Origin: an uncultured Thermoleophilia bacterium
Lineage (GTDB): Bacteria > Actinomycetota > Thermoleophilia > UBA2241
Direction: 5' to 3'
DNA length: 64,000 nucleotides
Assembly: GCA_963702475.1 (NCBI GenBank)
Contig: CAVPCT010000003.1
Coordinates: forward strand, 224,001-288,000
Position numbers and translations under genes: made by a program. Below are positions 10,530 to 21,077 of the stretch, in pieces. The notes below the pieces were generated by a model that saw only the letters and a list, made by a program, of their open reading frames with translations, was not told the DNA's origin and searched no databases. Position 1 is the first letter of the stretch. Each line of letters starts with the position of its first letter.

Positions 10530-11072
10530 TCAGAGGCGAGCGAGCTGTCGCTCGAACGCGCGCAGGTGGTTGCGGCTGGCGTTCTGCAGATTGGTGTAGA
10601 CGCGCTTGACGTCGGCGTGCGTGGTGCGGGCGATGCACGCCTGGAGGTCGTCGATGTCGAGCTTCTCGATGGTGACCCCTACCTGGAGCGCCGCCGTGAG
10701 CGAGGTGCTTCCCCGGGCCACGAGGGCGTTGTACAGCTGCTGCATCCCGGGATCGGTGAAGACGCCGGGGACGGCGGTGGCGACGGGGTCGGGTACGCTG
10801 TACGCGGTGAGCAGACGCTTCACGGCGAGGGTGTGCCTGTTCTCTGACTTCGCGATGGTGCGGAACACGCGCACCGAGGTCCCGTACCTGGCGTCGAGGA
10901 CCGTGTACACGTCGCGGGCGAGTTTCTCTTCTTCACGCATGTGCTGCAGGTCGGCCGCTTCGGTGCCGCTGAGCGTCGCGGCCGACGCGGGGGTCGCCGC
11001 GGCGACGGTGGCGCCGAAGACGGCGAACACGGTCAGCGCCATGGCGGCGAGGAGCAGTAGGGGACGCTTCAT
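10530..11072 (-). CDS. Secreted ferritin-like DUF2202 protein
   Basis: Signal peptide; MREEEKLARDVY, SENRH, IEKLDI and SRNHLRAF motifs. Confidence 0.85.
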   Translation of the reverse strand: MKRPLLLLAAMALTVFAVFGATVAAATPASAATLSGTEAADLQHMREEEKLARDVYTVLDARYGTSVRVFRTIAKSENRHTLAVKRLLTAYSVPDPVATAVPGVFTDPGMQQLYNALVARGSTSLTAALQVGVTIEKLDIDDLQACIARTTHADVKRVYTNLQNASRNHLRAFERQLARL

Positions 11073-11212
11073 GTGGATCCTCCGTGGTCGATCGGGGTGT
11101 GCATCCCTCACAACGCACACGGGGCGGCAGCGTTACACCGTCGCGTGGCCTCGCGGCACGGGTCGCGCGGCCGGCCGCCCCGGCCGACGGCGGGTCTCTT
11201 CAGCCCGACGCG

Positions 11213-11500
11213 TCAGTGCTGCGAGGAGAAGACTTCCTGGAAGACCGTGAGCCTGGTGGTCGGCGCGGTGGCGCTCGACCAGTCCAGCGCCTGTTGTGTC
11301 TCGAACGAGCCGGCGAACGCCTCGGCGTGCTCCACGGTGTCCCACTCGAGCAGCACGCACACGTTCAACGGGTCCTCCGTCGCTCGCCAGATGTGCCCGC
11401 GGAGACAGCCCATGGCCTCGCGCCGGGCCTCGTCGTCCAGGTAGACCTGCTTGAGCATGTCGAAGTCACGGATCTCGTGTTCGATGAGTACCCACGCCAT
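11213..11500 (-). CDS. Small hypothetical protein (ABM/dimeric alpha-beta barrel-like)
   Basis: 95-aa ORF with GGAG RBS; H.I.DFD..K..Y, D...V.VLLEWD....A.AF pattern. Confidence 0.6.
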   Translation of the reverse strand: MAWVLIEHEIRDFDMLKQVYLDDEARREAMGCLRGHIWRATEDPLNVCVLLEWDTVEHAEAFAGSFETQQALDWSSATAPTTRLTVFQEVFSSQH

Positions 11501-11846
11501 CGTCGTCGCCTTTCTCCGGGAGGCCGGTCCGCCTGAGTGTATCGGCTCGACCGGTGGGCGCGCTGAGGGGCCGGGGCAGCCGGCTCAGCGCCGTTCCCCG
11601 GCCGGCTCGAGGCCGAACGGCCGACGGAGCCCGGGATTGCGGGCGGCGCAGCCTGAGATCGCGCGCGACGGACCCGAGGCCGAGCGCGCGACGGAGCGGC
11701 GCGCCGATCCATCCGGCGGCCTGGTGGCCGCCGTCCCGTCCCCGCGTCTCGACAGGACCACGCCCGGGTACGTGACGTACGTGACGGCAGGCGCGCCGTG
11801 CGAGCAGAATGGGCGCGATGCGTGTCGTGGGAGAGGGGGAGGGCGC

Positions 11847-13157
11847 GTGGGTCACTCGTCGTTCGTAGTCAAGGAGTACGGTGCGCTGGCCGACCGTCTC
11901 GGGCGCGGGCCCGTCGCCATGGCGGAACCGAAGGACCCGGCGGCCCGGCGAGCGTGGCGTGACATCATGGCGACGCTGTTCACGCCCGAAGACGCGGCCT
12001 TGGCCGCCGTCATGCCGGTTCAGCCGATAGTCCCGGAGCGGCTGTGCGGTCGCACCGGCCTGGACGCTGAGACGCTGCGTGTGCGCCTCGACGCGATGGC
12101 CGACAGGGGCCTGGTGCTCGACCTGCGGGACGCCCGCACCGGTGAGGTGACGTACATGCTGGCGCCGCCGGTCGTCGGCTTCTTCGAGTTCTCGATGATG
12201 AGGCTGGACGACGGCCTCCCCAAGGCCCGGCTGGCGCGTGCCTACGAGGCGTATGTCCACAGGGACACGTCCTTCTTCGAAGAGCTGTCTCTGGGCACGG
12301 CGGTCGGACGCGCGCTCGTCCACGAGACGGCGCTCGCCGACGACCTCGTTTCCGAGGTGCTGGACTGGGAGCGGGTCACGGCCCTGGTGGAGCAGGCCCG
12401 CACGGTGGGCCTGACGAACTGCATGTGCCGACACGGCGCCCAGCACCTGGGCACGGTCTGCGAGGCGCCGCTGGAGACGTGCATGAGCCTGGGGACCGCC
12501 GCGGAGATGCTCGTCCGTCACGGCCTGGCCCGGCAGGTCAGCACTGCAGAAGGCCTCGATGTGCTGCACGCAGCGCGGGAGCGAGGCCTCGTGCACATCG
12601 GCGACAACGTGCAACGGGACGTTACGTACATCTGCAGCTGCTGCTCGTGCTGCTGCCACGAGCTTCGTTCGGCGCAGGTCGGCCTCCCGATGGTCCAGGG
12701 GAGCGGCTTCGAGCCCGTGGTGGACCAAGACGTCTGCAGTGGCTGTGGTCGCTGCGTGAGGGTCTGTCCCGTGCAGGCGATGTCGCTCGTCGCTCGCGGC
12801 CCCGCATCGCGCGATGCGGACGGAGACGGGTCCCGGCGGCGCCTTCTGGGCAGGATCGACCCGGGCCGCTGCCTGGGCTGTGCCGTGTGCGTGGGGTCGT
12901 GTCGCGACGGGGCGCTGGCGATGAGGCGGCGGACGGCGCCACCGCACGTGCCCGTGAACGCGATAGAGGTCGTCACGCGCCGCATGATCGAGCGCGGCCG
13001 GCTTGCTGATCTGCTGGTCGACGGGGCCGCGGGCAGGGGGCCCAGGTTCGTCCAGGGTGTGCTGGCCGCGGTGCTCGCTCTCCCGCCGGCCGAGCGCGTG
13101 CTGGCGCGCGAGCAGGTACGGTCGCGCTTCGTCGACTTCGTCCTCGCGCGACGATAG
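11847..13157 (+). CDS. Multi-Fe-S (4Fe-4S dicluster) protein
   Basis: CMCRH...C...C, ICSCCSCCC, CSGCGRCVRVCP and CLGCAVCVGSC. Confidence 0.82.
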   Translation: MGHSSFVVKEYGALADRLGRGPVAMAEPKDPAARRAWRDIMATLFTPEDAALAAVMPVQPIVPERLCGRTGLDAETLRVRLDAMADRGLVLDLRDARTGEVTYMLAPPVVGFFEFSMMRLDDGLPKARLARAYEAYVHRDTSFFEELSLGTAVGRALVHETALADDLVSEVLDWERVTALVEQARTVGLTNCMCRHGAQHLGTVCEAPLETCMSLGTAAEMLVRHGLARQVSTAEGLDVLHAARERGLVHIGDNVQRDVTYICSCCSCCCHELRSAQVGLPMVQGSGFEPVVDQDVCSGCGRCVRVCPVQAMSLVARGPASRDADGDGSRRRLLGRIDPGRCLGCAVCVGSCRDGALAMRRRTAPPHVPVNAIEVVTRRMIERGRLADLLVDGAAGRGPRFVQGVLAAVLALPPAERVLAREQVRSRFVDFVLARR

Positions 13158-13178
13158 CCGGTCTGCGAGCGTCGCACC

Positions 13179-13766
13179 GTGACCGCGGCCTCGGACGAGA
13201 GCTTCGAGCAGAAGCTCCGCCGCGTTCTGGCGGAGCGCATCGAGATCGTCGAGTACGACCCGTCCTGGCCGGAGGTGTTCGCGGCCGAGGCCGCGCGGCT
13301 CCGGCCCTTTTTTCCGCCGGGCTGCATCCGGCGCCTCGAGCACATCGGCAGTACCGCCGTCCCCGGCCTGGCCGCCAAACCGGTGGTCGACATCTTGGTA
13401 GGGGTCGAGGACGTCGAGCCGGTGCGGAGCGAGGTGGCCCCTCGCATGGAGGCGGCCGGGTACGACTACTTCTGGCGGCCGACCAGCGGGGACGACGGCG
13501 GCCCGTTCTACCCGTGGTTCATCGGCAGGGACGTCGCCGGCCGGCGAGTCTCGCACATCCACGTGGTGACCCTGGACAACGCCGAGCAGTGGGACCGGGT
13601 CGCCTTTCGCGACCATCTCCGGGCGCATCCGGCCGTCGCCGCCGAGTACGCCGCGCTCAAACGCGAGCTGGCCTCGCGCCACGGCGGTGATCGCGAGGCG
13701 TACACGCAGGCGAAGACGGCATTCATCCTGCGCGTTACCGCGCTGGCCGTGCGGGAGGCGTCGTGA
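13179..13766 (+). CDS. GrpB/UPF0157 family protein
   Basis: YDPSWP..F, HIGSTAVPGLAAKPVVDI, FRDHLR...Y..LK, YTQAKTAFI. Confidence 0.9.
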   Translation: MTAASDESFEQKLRRVLAERIEIVEYDPSWPEVFAAEAARLRPFFPPGCIRRLEHIGSTAVPGLAAKPVVDILVGVEDVEPVRSEVAPRMEAAGYDYFWRPTSGDDGGPFYPWFIGRDVAGRRVSHIHVVTLDNAEQWDRVAFRDHLRAHPAVAAEYAALKRELASRHGGDREAYTQAKTAFILRVTALAVREAS

Positions 13767-13805
13767 CGACACGCTTGGCGCCCCTGAAGACCCGAGAAAC
13801 AAGAA

Positions 13806-13853
13806 TGGTGCCCCCAACGGAATTCGAATCCGTGCCGCCGGCTTGAAAGGCCG
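13806..13853 (-). repeat. att repeat: duplicated 3' 48 nt of tRNA-Glu, distal end of the genomic island
   Basis: tggtgcccccaacggaattcgaatccgtgccgccggcttgaaaggccg is identical to 42202-42249 and diverges after the anticodon arm. Confidence 0.93.
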
Positions 13854-14262
13854 CACCTGCATGCCTCAGCGGCTGTCTCTGGCTGCGCTTTCGAGGCTGA
13901 GACTTAGGGACTGAGGGGCGTCGGCAGCGCCGATTGACGCCCGTTTGTCCATCGTTATCAGCGTCTGTGGCAACACGGAGGGCAACAGCTCAAGGAGCTA
14001 CTGGGATGACCGCTGGACGGGGTCAACGGACTCTGGGCTCTATGGTCCCTGTCGATAGGGTCGCACCCAACGGTGAGCAGGCTTGGCTGTCGGCCACCGC
14101 TGGTCTAGCATGGCGCCCCAGCTGCTCCCTCAGATGCCCACCGGCTGCGTCGCCCGTGTGGTCCTCTCTGTCGGTAACATCAAGGAGTGTCGTTGTCAGT
14201 ATCGTTCACGGGTCTCGCGTCAACTCGAGTCGAGAAGACCTGCGACGGGCGAGAGCGCTAGC

Positions 14263-14675
14263 ATGACGCCCGCATCCAAGAGCAGTCCATGCGTCCCTCA
14301 GGGCTGCGCCTCAGGACCCCATGACTCAGGCCTCCCCAGTGAGAGTCTCGACCGGGTCGCGCGCGTCGCACAAGCTCTCTCGGACCCCATCCGCCTGCGG
14401 ATGCTCGATCTCATGACGCGAGGCAGGGGCGACTGCGCGATGCCCGGGGCCTGTGTCCGTGGAATGCCCGGACCAGATATGCCGCTGGGCCTCTGCGTCT
14501 GCGAGTTCCAGGCGCAGTTGGGACTCGCCCAGTCGAGGGTCTCCTCCATGCACGGATACTCCGCGATGCAGGCCTGATCCTCAGCGAGACGCGCGGGAAG
14601 TGGAGTTTCTACACCGTCGATCGCGTGGCCGTCGACGAAGCCCTGTCGGCTTTTCGGGCGCTGTTCGACGTCTGA
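14263..14675 (+). CDS. arsR: ArsR/SmtB regulator (frameshift near 14550)
   Basis: ALSDPIRLRML, LCVCEF, QSRVS; continues in another frame as RILRDAGLI..ETRGKWSFY. Confidence 0.75.
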
Positions 14676-14995
14676 TCGAGTGCGCAGCGCCTTCGCTTGG
14701 CGCTGTCTTCCCCCGGCACTGCCGTAGCCCGAAGGTCACCGGCCATCCGCATCTGCGGTAGCCGGCAGCACACCTCGTACTACTCAGCTGGTGCAATTGG
14801 CGCCCGAATCCGACAATGTGTATCGCTTCACTTGCCCCATCCCATTTTCTTGCTGTATCGTCCCCGGCCATGGCGGCATCGGCTCGCTTGCTGGCGTCCA
14901 CTGACTGAGCGTTGCGACGGGACCGGCACGTCTGCTCACTCGTGCGCTGGCCTAATGAGGGGCCTCTGGGCCGGCCCGGGGGGGAAGGGAGAGCA

Positions 14996-15898
14996 GTGGA
15001 AGGAGTTCCAGGAGCAACGAGAGCACCCGGCGCGAGTTCCTGAAGAACGCCGGTGATCGCGGGGGCGTCAGCGGTCGCGCTGACGATCGGCGGCTCGCTC
15101 ACCGATGGGACGCCTGTGGCGGCAGCCATCACGGGCACACCCAGAAACGACACGGTCCGCATGGTGCAGGACCTCCAGCGCGCACTCACCCGCCCCGTCG
15201 GGTCACGCCGCTGGGGGATGGTCATCGACCCACGGCGCTGCATCGGCTGTCACGCCTGCACCGTGGCCTGCATCGCGCAGAACGGGTTGCCGGTGGGCGT
15301 CACCTATCGCACCGTCCCCGAGGTCGAGTCCGGCTCGTACCCAGCGGTCGAGCGCTTCTTCATGCCGGCCAACTGCATGCAGTGCGAGAAAGCCCCGTGC
15401 ATCAAGGCGGCGAACACCATCGTCAAGGGCTCCATGGCTCGCCGCCCGGACGGCATCGTGATCATCGATTACTCCCGCATGAAGGGCAAGAAGGTGTTCA
15501 AGGCGGCCGACAAGGCGTGCCCCTACGACAACGCCCTCTACTACGACGCAGGCCGCAGCTGGACAAGCGGCACGCCTGCCCTGCAGCCCTACGACAAGCG
15601 CGGCTCCCACGAATACGGCAAGACCTGGTCGAGGGCCAAGACCAAGGGCGCGACGCGCAAGTGCCACTTCTGCACGGAGCGCATCGACGCGGGCCTGCTG
15701 CCCGCGTGCGTGGCGACGTGCACAGGGCAGGCCATGCACTTCGGCGACCTGAGTGATTCGCAGAGCCTCGTGGCCGAGCTCGTGGCCGCCAGGACGACCC
15801 TGATCATCGAGAAGGGCGCGAGCACGGCGCCGCGCGTGATCTACGTCGACGATCCGTTGGAGGGGTCCGCCATGACCTGCTCCACGTGTCACGGCTGA
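14996..15898 (+). CDS. DmsB/TtrB-like Fe-S subunit with Tat signal (frameshifted N-terminus) and C-terminal CxxCH
   Basis: STRREFLK near 15021; WGMVID..RCIGCHACTVAC, CMQCEKAPC, KCHFC..R....LLPACVATC; ends CSTCHG. Confidence 0.85.
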
Positions 15899-15909
15899 GA
15901 GGAGGACCG

Positions 15910-18900
15910 ATGCAGAACGACGATTCCCTGGACCTCCTCGAGACGGGCGTGTCCACGAGCGAGGCGCTGAGCGAGTCCACGAGCAAGCCCGCCGGCAAGT
16001 CCCGGCGTGAGTTCCTGTGCGCCGGCGGGCTCGTGATGGGTGCTGCCTTCCTCGGCAGTCGCTTCCTCACGGCCTCGCAGGCCGTGGCCGGTGAGGCGGG
16101 TGCGAACGTGACGCAGGCCGGCACGACCGCAGGCAACCCCATCCACACGGTGTGCCTGCAGTGCAACACCGGCTGCGGCATCAAGGTCACCGTGGACAAG
16201 GGCGTCGCGACCAAGATCGAGGGCAACCCGTACAGCCCCTGGACTATGGTCCCCGCGCTGCCCTACGCGACGCCGCTGGCTGAGGCCCTCCCCATCCAGG
16301 GCGCCCTCTGCCCCAAGGGGCAGGCCGGCCTCGAGACCGCGTATGACCCGTACCGCATCGTCAAGGTGCTCAAGCGCGCCGGCAAGCGCGGCGAGAACAA
16401 GTGGATCACGTCCCCTCGACCAGGCCGTGACGGAGGTCGTCGAGGGCGGCAGGCTGTTCACGTCCGTGCAGGGCGAGGAGCAGCGCCAGGTCACGGGTCT
16501 CCGTGGAGATCTGGGCACTGCGTGACAAGAAGGTGGCCTCGGACATGTCCGCCGCCGTGGACGCTATCCGCGCCAAGAAGCCGGAGGAGCGCGCCGCGGC
16601 CATCGCCGAGTTCAAGACGAAGTTCGCCGCCGACCTCGACAAGCTCATCGACCCGGACCACCCGGACTTCGGCCCCAAGAACAACCAGCTCGTCTTCGCC
16701 TGGGGTCGCCTGAAAGCCGGGCGCTCGGAACTCATCAAGCGCTTCGTGCAGGAGTCATTCGGCTCGACCAACGCCCACGGCCACACGACCGTCTGCCAGG
16801 GCTCGCTCTACTTCACCGGCATGGCGATGAGCGACCAGTTCACCGAGGGCAAGTTCACCGGCGGCTCCAAGGCCTACTGGCAGGCCGACACGAGCGACGT
16901 TGAGTTCCTGCTCGCCATCGGCTCCGCGTACCTGGAGGGCGGCTACGGGCCCTCGCATCACGCCCGTAAGCTGATGAAGAACCTCGTCGACGGCAAGCTT
17001 AAGATCGCCGTCGTCGACCCGAGGTTCTCGAAGATCGCCTCGAAGGCGGGAAGTGGGTGCCCATCAAGCCCGGCGCCGACGCGGCCCTGGCGCTCGGCGT
17101 GATCCGCTGGATCCTCGAGAACGACAAGCACGACAAGAAGTTCCTCGGTGCCGCGAACAAGGCCGCCGCGACCGCCGCGGGCGAGGGCTCCTACACCAAC
17201 GCCGCCTGGCTCGTGAAGGACGACGGCAAGTTCCTGCGCGCCTCGAGATGGCCTGGCGGAGAAGGAGACCCGCGCGACCGCCGCCGGCGGCACCTGGGTC
17301 TTCGATACGTTCGTCGCCGTCAAGGATGGTGCTCCCGTCGCCCTCGACCCCAACGACACCAGCAAGGCGGTCGTGGGCGACCCGCTCTACAGCGGCACGA
17401 TCGGCGGCAAGAACGTGAAGACCGTGCTGCAGACGGTGCTGGACACGGCCAAGCAGAAGACCATCGAAGAGTGGGCGGCCGTCTGCGGCATCGTAGCCGG
17501 CGACATCGTCGAGCTCGCCCAGGAGTTCACCTCCCACGGCAAGAAGGCCGTCGCCGACCTACACCGCGGCGTCGCGCAGCACACCAACGGCTTCTACAAC
17601 GTGCTCGCCGTGTACACACTGAACACGCTGGTCGGCAACTGGGACCACCCGGCGGGCTCCTCAAGCTCACCACCTACACGTCGACGGCTCGAAGGACAAC
17701 CAGCCCTTCGCACTCGGTAAGCTGCACTCTGGCCGCAAGCCGTTCGGCCTCAGCATCATCCGTCACAACACCAAGTACGAGGACAGCACGATCTTCGCGG
17801 GCTACCCCGCCAAACGCAACTGGTACCCCTTCGCCAGCGACGTCTACGAGGAGATCGTCCCCTCCATCGGCGACGCCTATCCCTACCCGGTGAAGGCGCT
17901 GATCACGTACATGGCCGCGGCCCCGTACTCGCTGCCGGGCGGCCAGACCAACATCGAGTCCTCTCCGACGTCGAGAAGCTGCCGCTGTACATCGCCAACG
18001 ACACCAGCATCGGCGAGATGTCGATGTACGCGGACTACATCTTCCCCGACGTCTCGTACCTGGAGCGCTGGGAGTTCCACGGCAGTCACCCCTCCATCGG
18101 GGAGAAGGTGCAGCCGGTCCGCAATCCCGTCATCGCGCCGCTCACGGACGACGTGGCCGTCTACGGCGAGCAGCAGCCGAGCTCCCTCGAGGCGATGCTG
18201 CTCGGCTTCGCCGAGAAGCTGGCCTCCCGGGCTTCGGCCCGGACGGCTTCGGCACCGGTCTCGCCCTCACGCGCGGCGACGACTTCTATCTGCGCATGGT
18301 CGCCAACCTGGCGGCCGGCGACAAGACCGGTGAGGAGGCGCCCGACGCGGATGACGCCGAGCTCGCCATGTTCCTGGACGCGCGCAAGCACCTGCCCGCC
18401 ACCGTCTTCGACGCGGCGCGCTGGCAGAAGATCGTCGGCGACACGTACTGGCGCAAGGTCGTCTACGTGCTCAACCGCGGCGGCCGCTTCCAGGACGTCG
18501 AGAAGGCGTACACCGGCGACGTCTTCAACAACAAGTACGGCAAGCTGGTCAACATGTACATCGAGAAGGCCGTGAGCACGAAGTCCGCGATCACGGGCAA
18601 GGCGTTCCTGCCAACGGCCTCGTACCTGCCCATCAGGAACGTACAGGACCAGGTCGTGGACGACTCGGCCGAGGGCTACGATCTGTCGCTCATCACCTTC
18701 CGCGACATCCTCATGACCAAGAGCCGGACGATCGTCGACTACTGGCTCACCGCGATCCTGCCCGAGAACTCTATCGTCCTCGGCGCGCAGGACGCCTCGC
18801 GCCTCGGCCTCAAGACGGGCGACAGCGTGCGCGTGACCTCCAAGTCGAACCCGACCGGGGAGTGGGACCTGGGCGCCGCCGGCACCAAGCCCATGGTCGG

Positions 18901-19156
18901 CAAGGTGAAGGTCGTGCAGGGCATGCGGCCCGGCATCGTCGGCTTCTGCCTCGGCTACGGCCACTGGGCCAATGGCGCCGGCAACGTGACGGTCAACGGC
19001 AGGCTCGTCAAGGGCGACAAGCGTCGCGCCACGGGCGTGCACGCCAATGCCGCCATGCGCCTCGACGACTACCTCAAGAACACCTGCATGCTGGACCCGG
19101 TGGGGGGCAGCGTCTCCTTCTACGACACCAAGGTGAAGCTCGTGAAGCAGAGCTGA
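15910..19156 (+). CDS. TtrA-clade molybdopterin oxidoreductase catalytic subunit (several frameshifts)
   Basis: Tat KSRREFL; CLQCNTGC...LCPKG; [12 protein letters not shown]; VVEGG.LF; [16 protein letters not shown]; GHTTVCQG; ADYIFPD..YLERW; GYGHW; SFYDTKVKL. Confidence 0.85.
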
Positions 19157-19268
19157 CGACCAGCTCTGCCGAAGAAGTGCGGGGGACGGCGCCACCGTCG
19201 CCGTCCCCCGCCACTCAGACGACCTGTCGCCGGTTTGCGGATTCCGGTGGCAGGTCGTCGCACTCCGC

Positions 19269-19964
19269 CTACTTGACGAGCAGGTAGACCCCGGCGAGCA
19301 CGACGAGGGCCCCGCAGGCACGGCGCACCCAGCGCGTGACGCCCGAGCGACCGCCCCATGAGACGACCGTCTGGGCCCTCTGGGCGGCTGTGCCCGCCGC
19401 GACGATGACGCCGCAGTGACCGAGGGCGAACGCCCCGAGAAGGGCGACGGCGAGCCCGTAGTCTATCTCGGGCCTGCCCGAAGACGATCATTAGCAGCGG
19501 CGCCAAGAAGGCGAAGGAGCAGGGGCCGAGCCCGACACCGAACACGAGGCCCAGCCCCAGCGCGGCCGGCATGCCGCGGCGGTGGGTCGTCGATGGGAAC
19601 GACGTCCAGCGGAGCGGCAGCAGGTCCATGAGGTAGAGGCCGAAGACGAAGAAGACCACGGCCACGGCGACGTTTCCGACTGGCGCCGAGGTCGCCGACC
19701 AGGCGGCCCAGCGAGGCGGTGATCAGGCCGATCAGCGCGATCGAGGCCAGGACGCCGAGCGAGAAGACGAGTGACAGCCTGAAGGCGCGCCTGGTCGAGG
19801 CGTCTTCCTGCGTGGAGATGAAGCCGACGATCGAGGGGCACACTGGCCAGGTGGCACGGGCTGAAGACGATGCTGACGACGCCCCAGGCAAAGGCCGCGA
19901 GCAGGGCCCAGCCGAGCGACTCGCTGAGGCCGTTGCTCAGGCTGGTGAGGACCTGCTCGAGCAT
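19269..19964 (-). CDS. ccdA: CcdA/DsbD-type thiol-disulfide membrane protein (frameshifted)
   Basis: FSPCHLAS.P and GPCSFAF.AP motifs in a multi-TM protein. Confidence 0.8.
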
Positions 19965-19973
19965 GGCTCGACG

Positions 19974-20415
19974 CTACTGCGTCGTGACCTTCTCGAGGCC
20001 GTGCTCGATGAGCAGCGCCTCGATCGTCTCCTGAGGATAGAAGCCGGTGTGCCGGTGGAACTCGGCGCCCTTTTCGTCGAGGAAGACCTGGGTGGGGATA
20101 TACTGGATGCCGTATGCCGCGCCGGTGCGTCGTCTTCCCAGACGTCGTAGAAGACGACCTCACCTGGTCGCCGAAGGTCTGCTGCGATGCCGTCCATGAC
20201 CGGGCGCATCTCCTTGCAGGGGATGCACGTGTCGGAGCCGAGTTCGACGAACGTCACCTTCGCTGTGGCGCTCGGGCGCCGGGTGCGGCGAGGGTACGGC
20301 GGAGGAGCCGGCTGCGCCCGCGCTCCGCCGCACCCCGTGAGCGCGACGACGCCGAGCCAGGAGACAGTGCAGCGCAAGAGGACGAAGCAGGCCGCGTGCG
20401 CGCCGCGCGAGTCAT
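19974..20415 (-). CDS. Thioredoxin-family lipoprotein (frameshifted)
   Basis: LTGC lipobox-like; FVELGSDTCIPCKEMRPV; IPTQVF...EFHRHTGF in an alternate frame. Confidence 0.75.
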
Positions 20416-20693
20416 CCCTGAGCGGCCAGCGCCGTCGTGATCATCGAGCTGACCTCGGACTGCGACGGCACCTTGCCGCTCATCACGACCTCGCCGTCGA
20501 TGACGAGGGCGGGCGTGGACATCACGCCGTAGGCCATGATCGTGGGGAAGTCCTCGACTTTGACGAGCTCGGCGTCGGCCATGCCGAGGTCGCGCAGGGC
20601 CGCCTCGGTGATCGCCATCAGCTTCTGGCAGTTGGCGCAGCCTGAGCCAAGGATCTCGAGCTCACGTGCAACTCTCCTTCTTGTAGTGGTCAT
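20412..20693 (-). CDS. Small redox-active disulfide protein (MTH895-like thioredoxin fold)
   Basis: ILGSGCANCQKL; YGVMSTPALVIDGEVV.SGKVP. Confidence 0.85.
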   Translation of the reverse strand: MTTTRRRVARELEILGSGCANCQKLMAITEAALRDLGMADAELVKVEDFPTIMAYGVMSTPALVIDGEVVMSGKVPSQSEVSSMITTALAAQG

Positions 20694-21076
20694 GACGCGT
20701 TGCGTCGCGCCGGCTTGTTCGCCGCCGTCGCGCAGGCGCTGGCGGCTTGCTGGGGGTCGCCGGGGCAGTCGCGCAGGCGCTGTACGTAGTCGAGGAAGCC
20801 CTTGAGGTCGCCGTCGAAGCGCTCCCAGTCGATGGAGTAGTAGGTGCGCGTGCCCTCGTTGCGCATACGCAGCAGGCCGGCATCGCGCAGAAGTGCGAGG
20901 TGGTGCGAGACCAGCGGCTGGCTTTGATCGAGCGGCCCCGTCATCTCGCAGACGCAGCGCTCGCCGCCCAGCAGGAACTCGACGATCTGCGCGCGTATGG
21001 GGTTGCAGAACGACTTGAAGAACGGGACGAAGTCGACGATGCTGCCGGCCTCTGCGGGGTCTTTGGCGATCTTCAT
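20690..21076 (-). CDS. arsR: ArsR-family regulator
   Basis: NPIRAQI, ERCVCEM, SQPLVSHHLALLRDAGLL, GTRTYYS. Confidence 0.88.
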   Translation of the reverse strand: MKIAKDPAEAGSIVDFVPFFKSFCNPIRAQIVEFLLGGERCVCEMTGPLDQSQPLVSHHLALLRDAGLLRMRNEGTRTYYSIDWERFDGDLKGFLDYVQRLRDCPGDPQQAASACATAANKPARRNAS

Positions 21077-21077
21077 A

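Noticed and set aside
11768-11786. Tandem GTACGTGAC repeat resembling a CRP-like box upstream of the Fe-S gene
   Set aside because: Single short imperfect instance that could easily arise by chance.
13806-13853. Second tRNA-Glu gene
   Set aside because: It lacks the 5' acceptor strand and D-arm; it is an att duplication.
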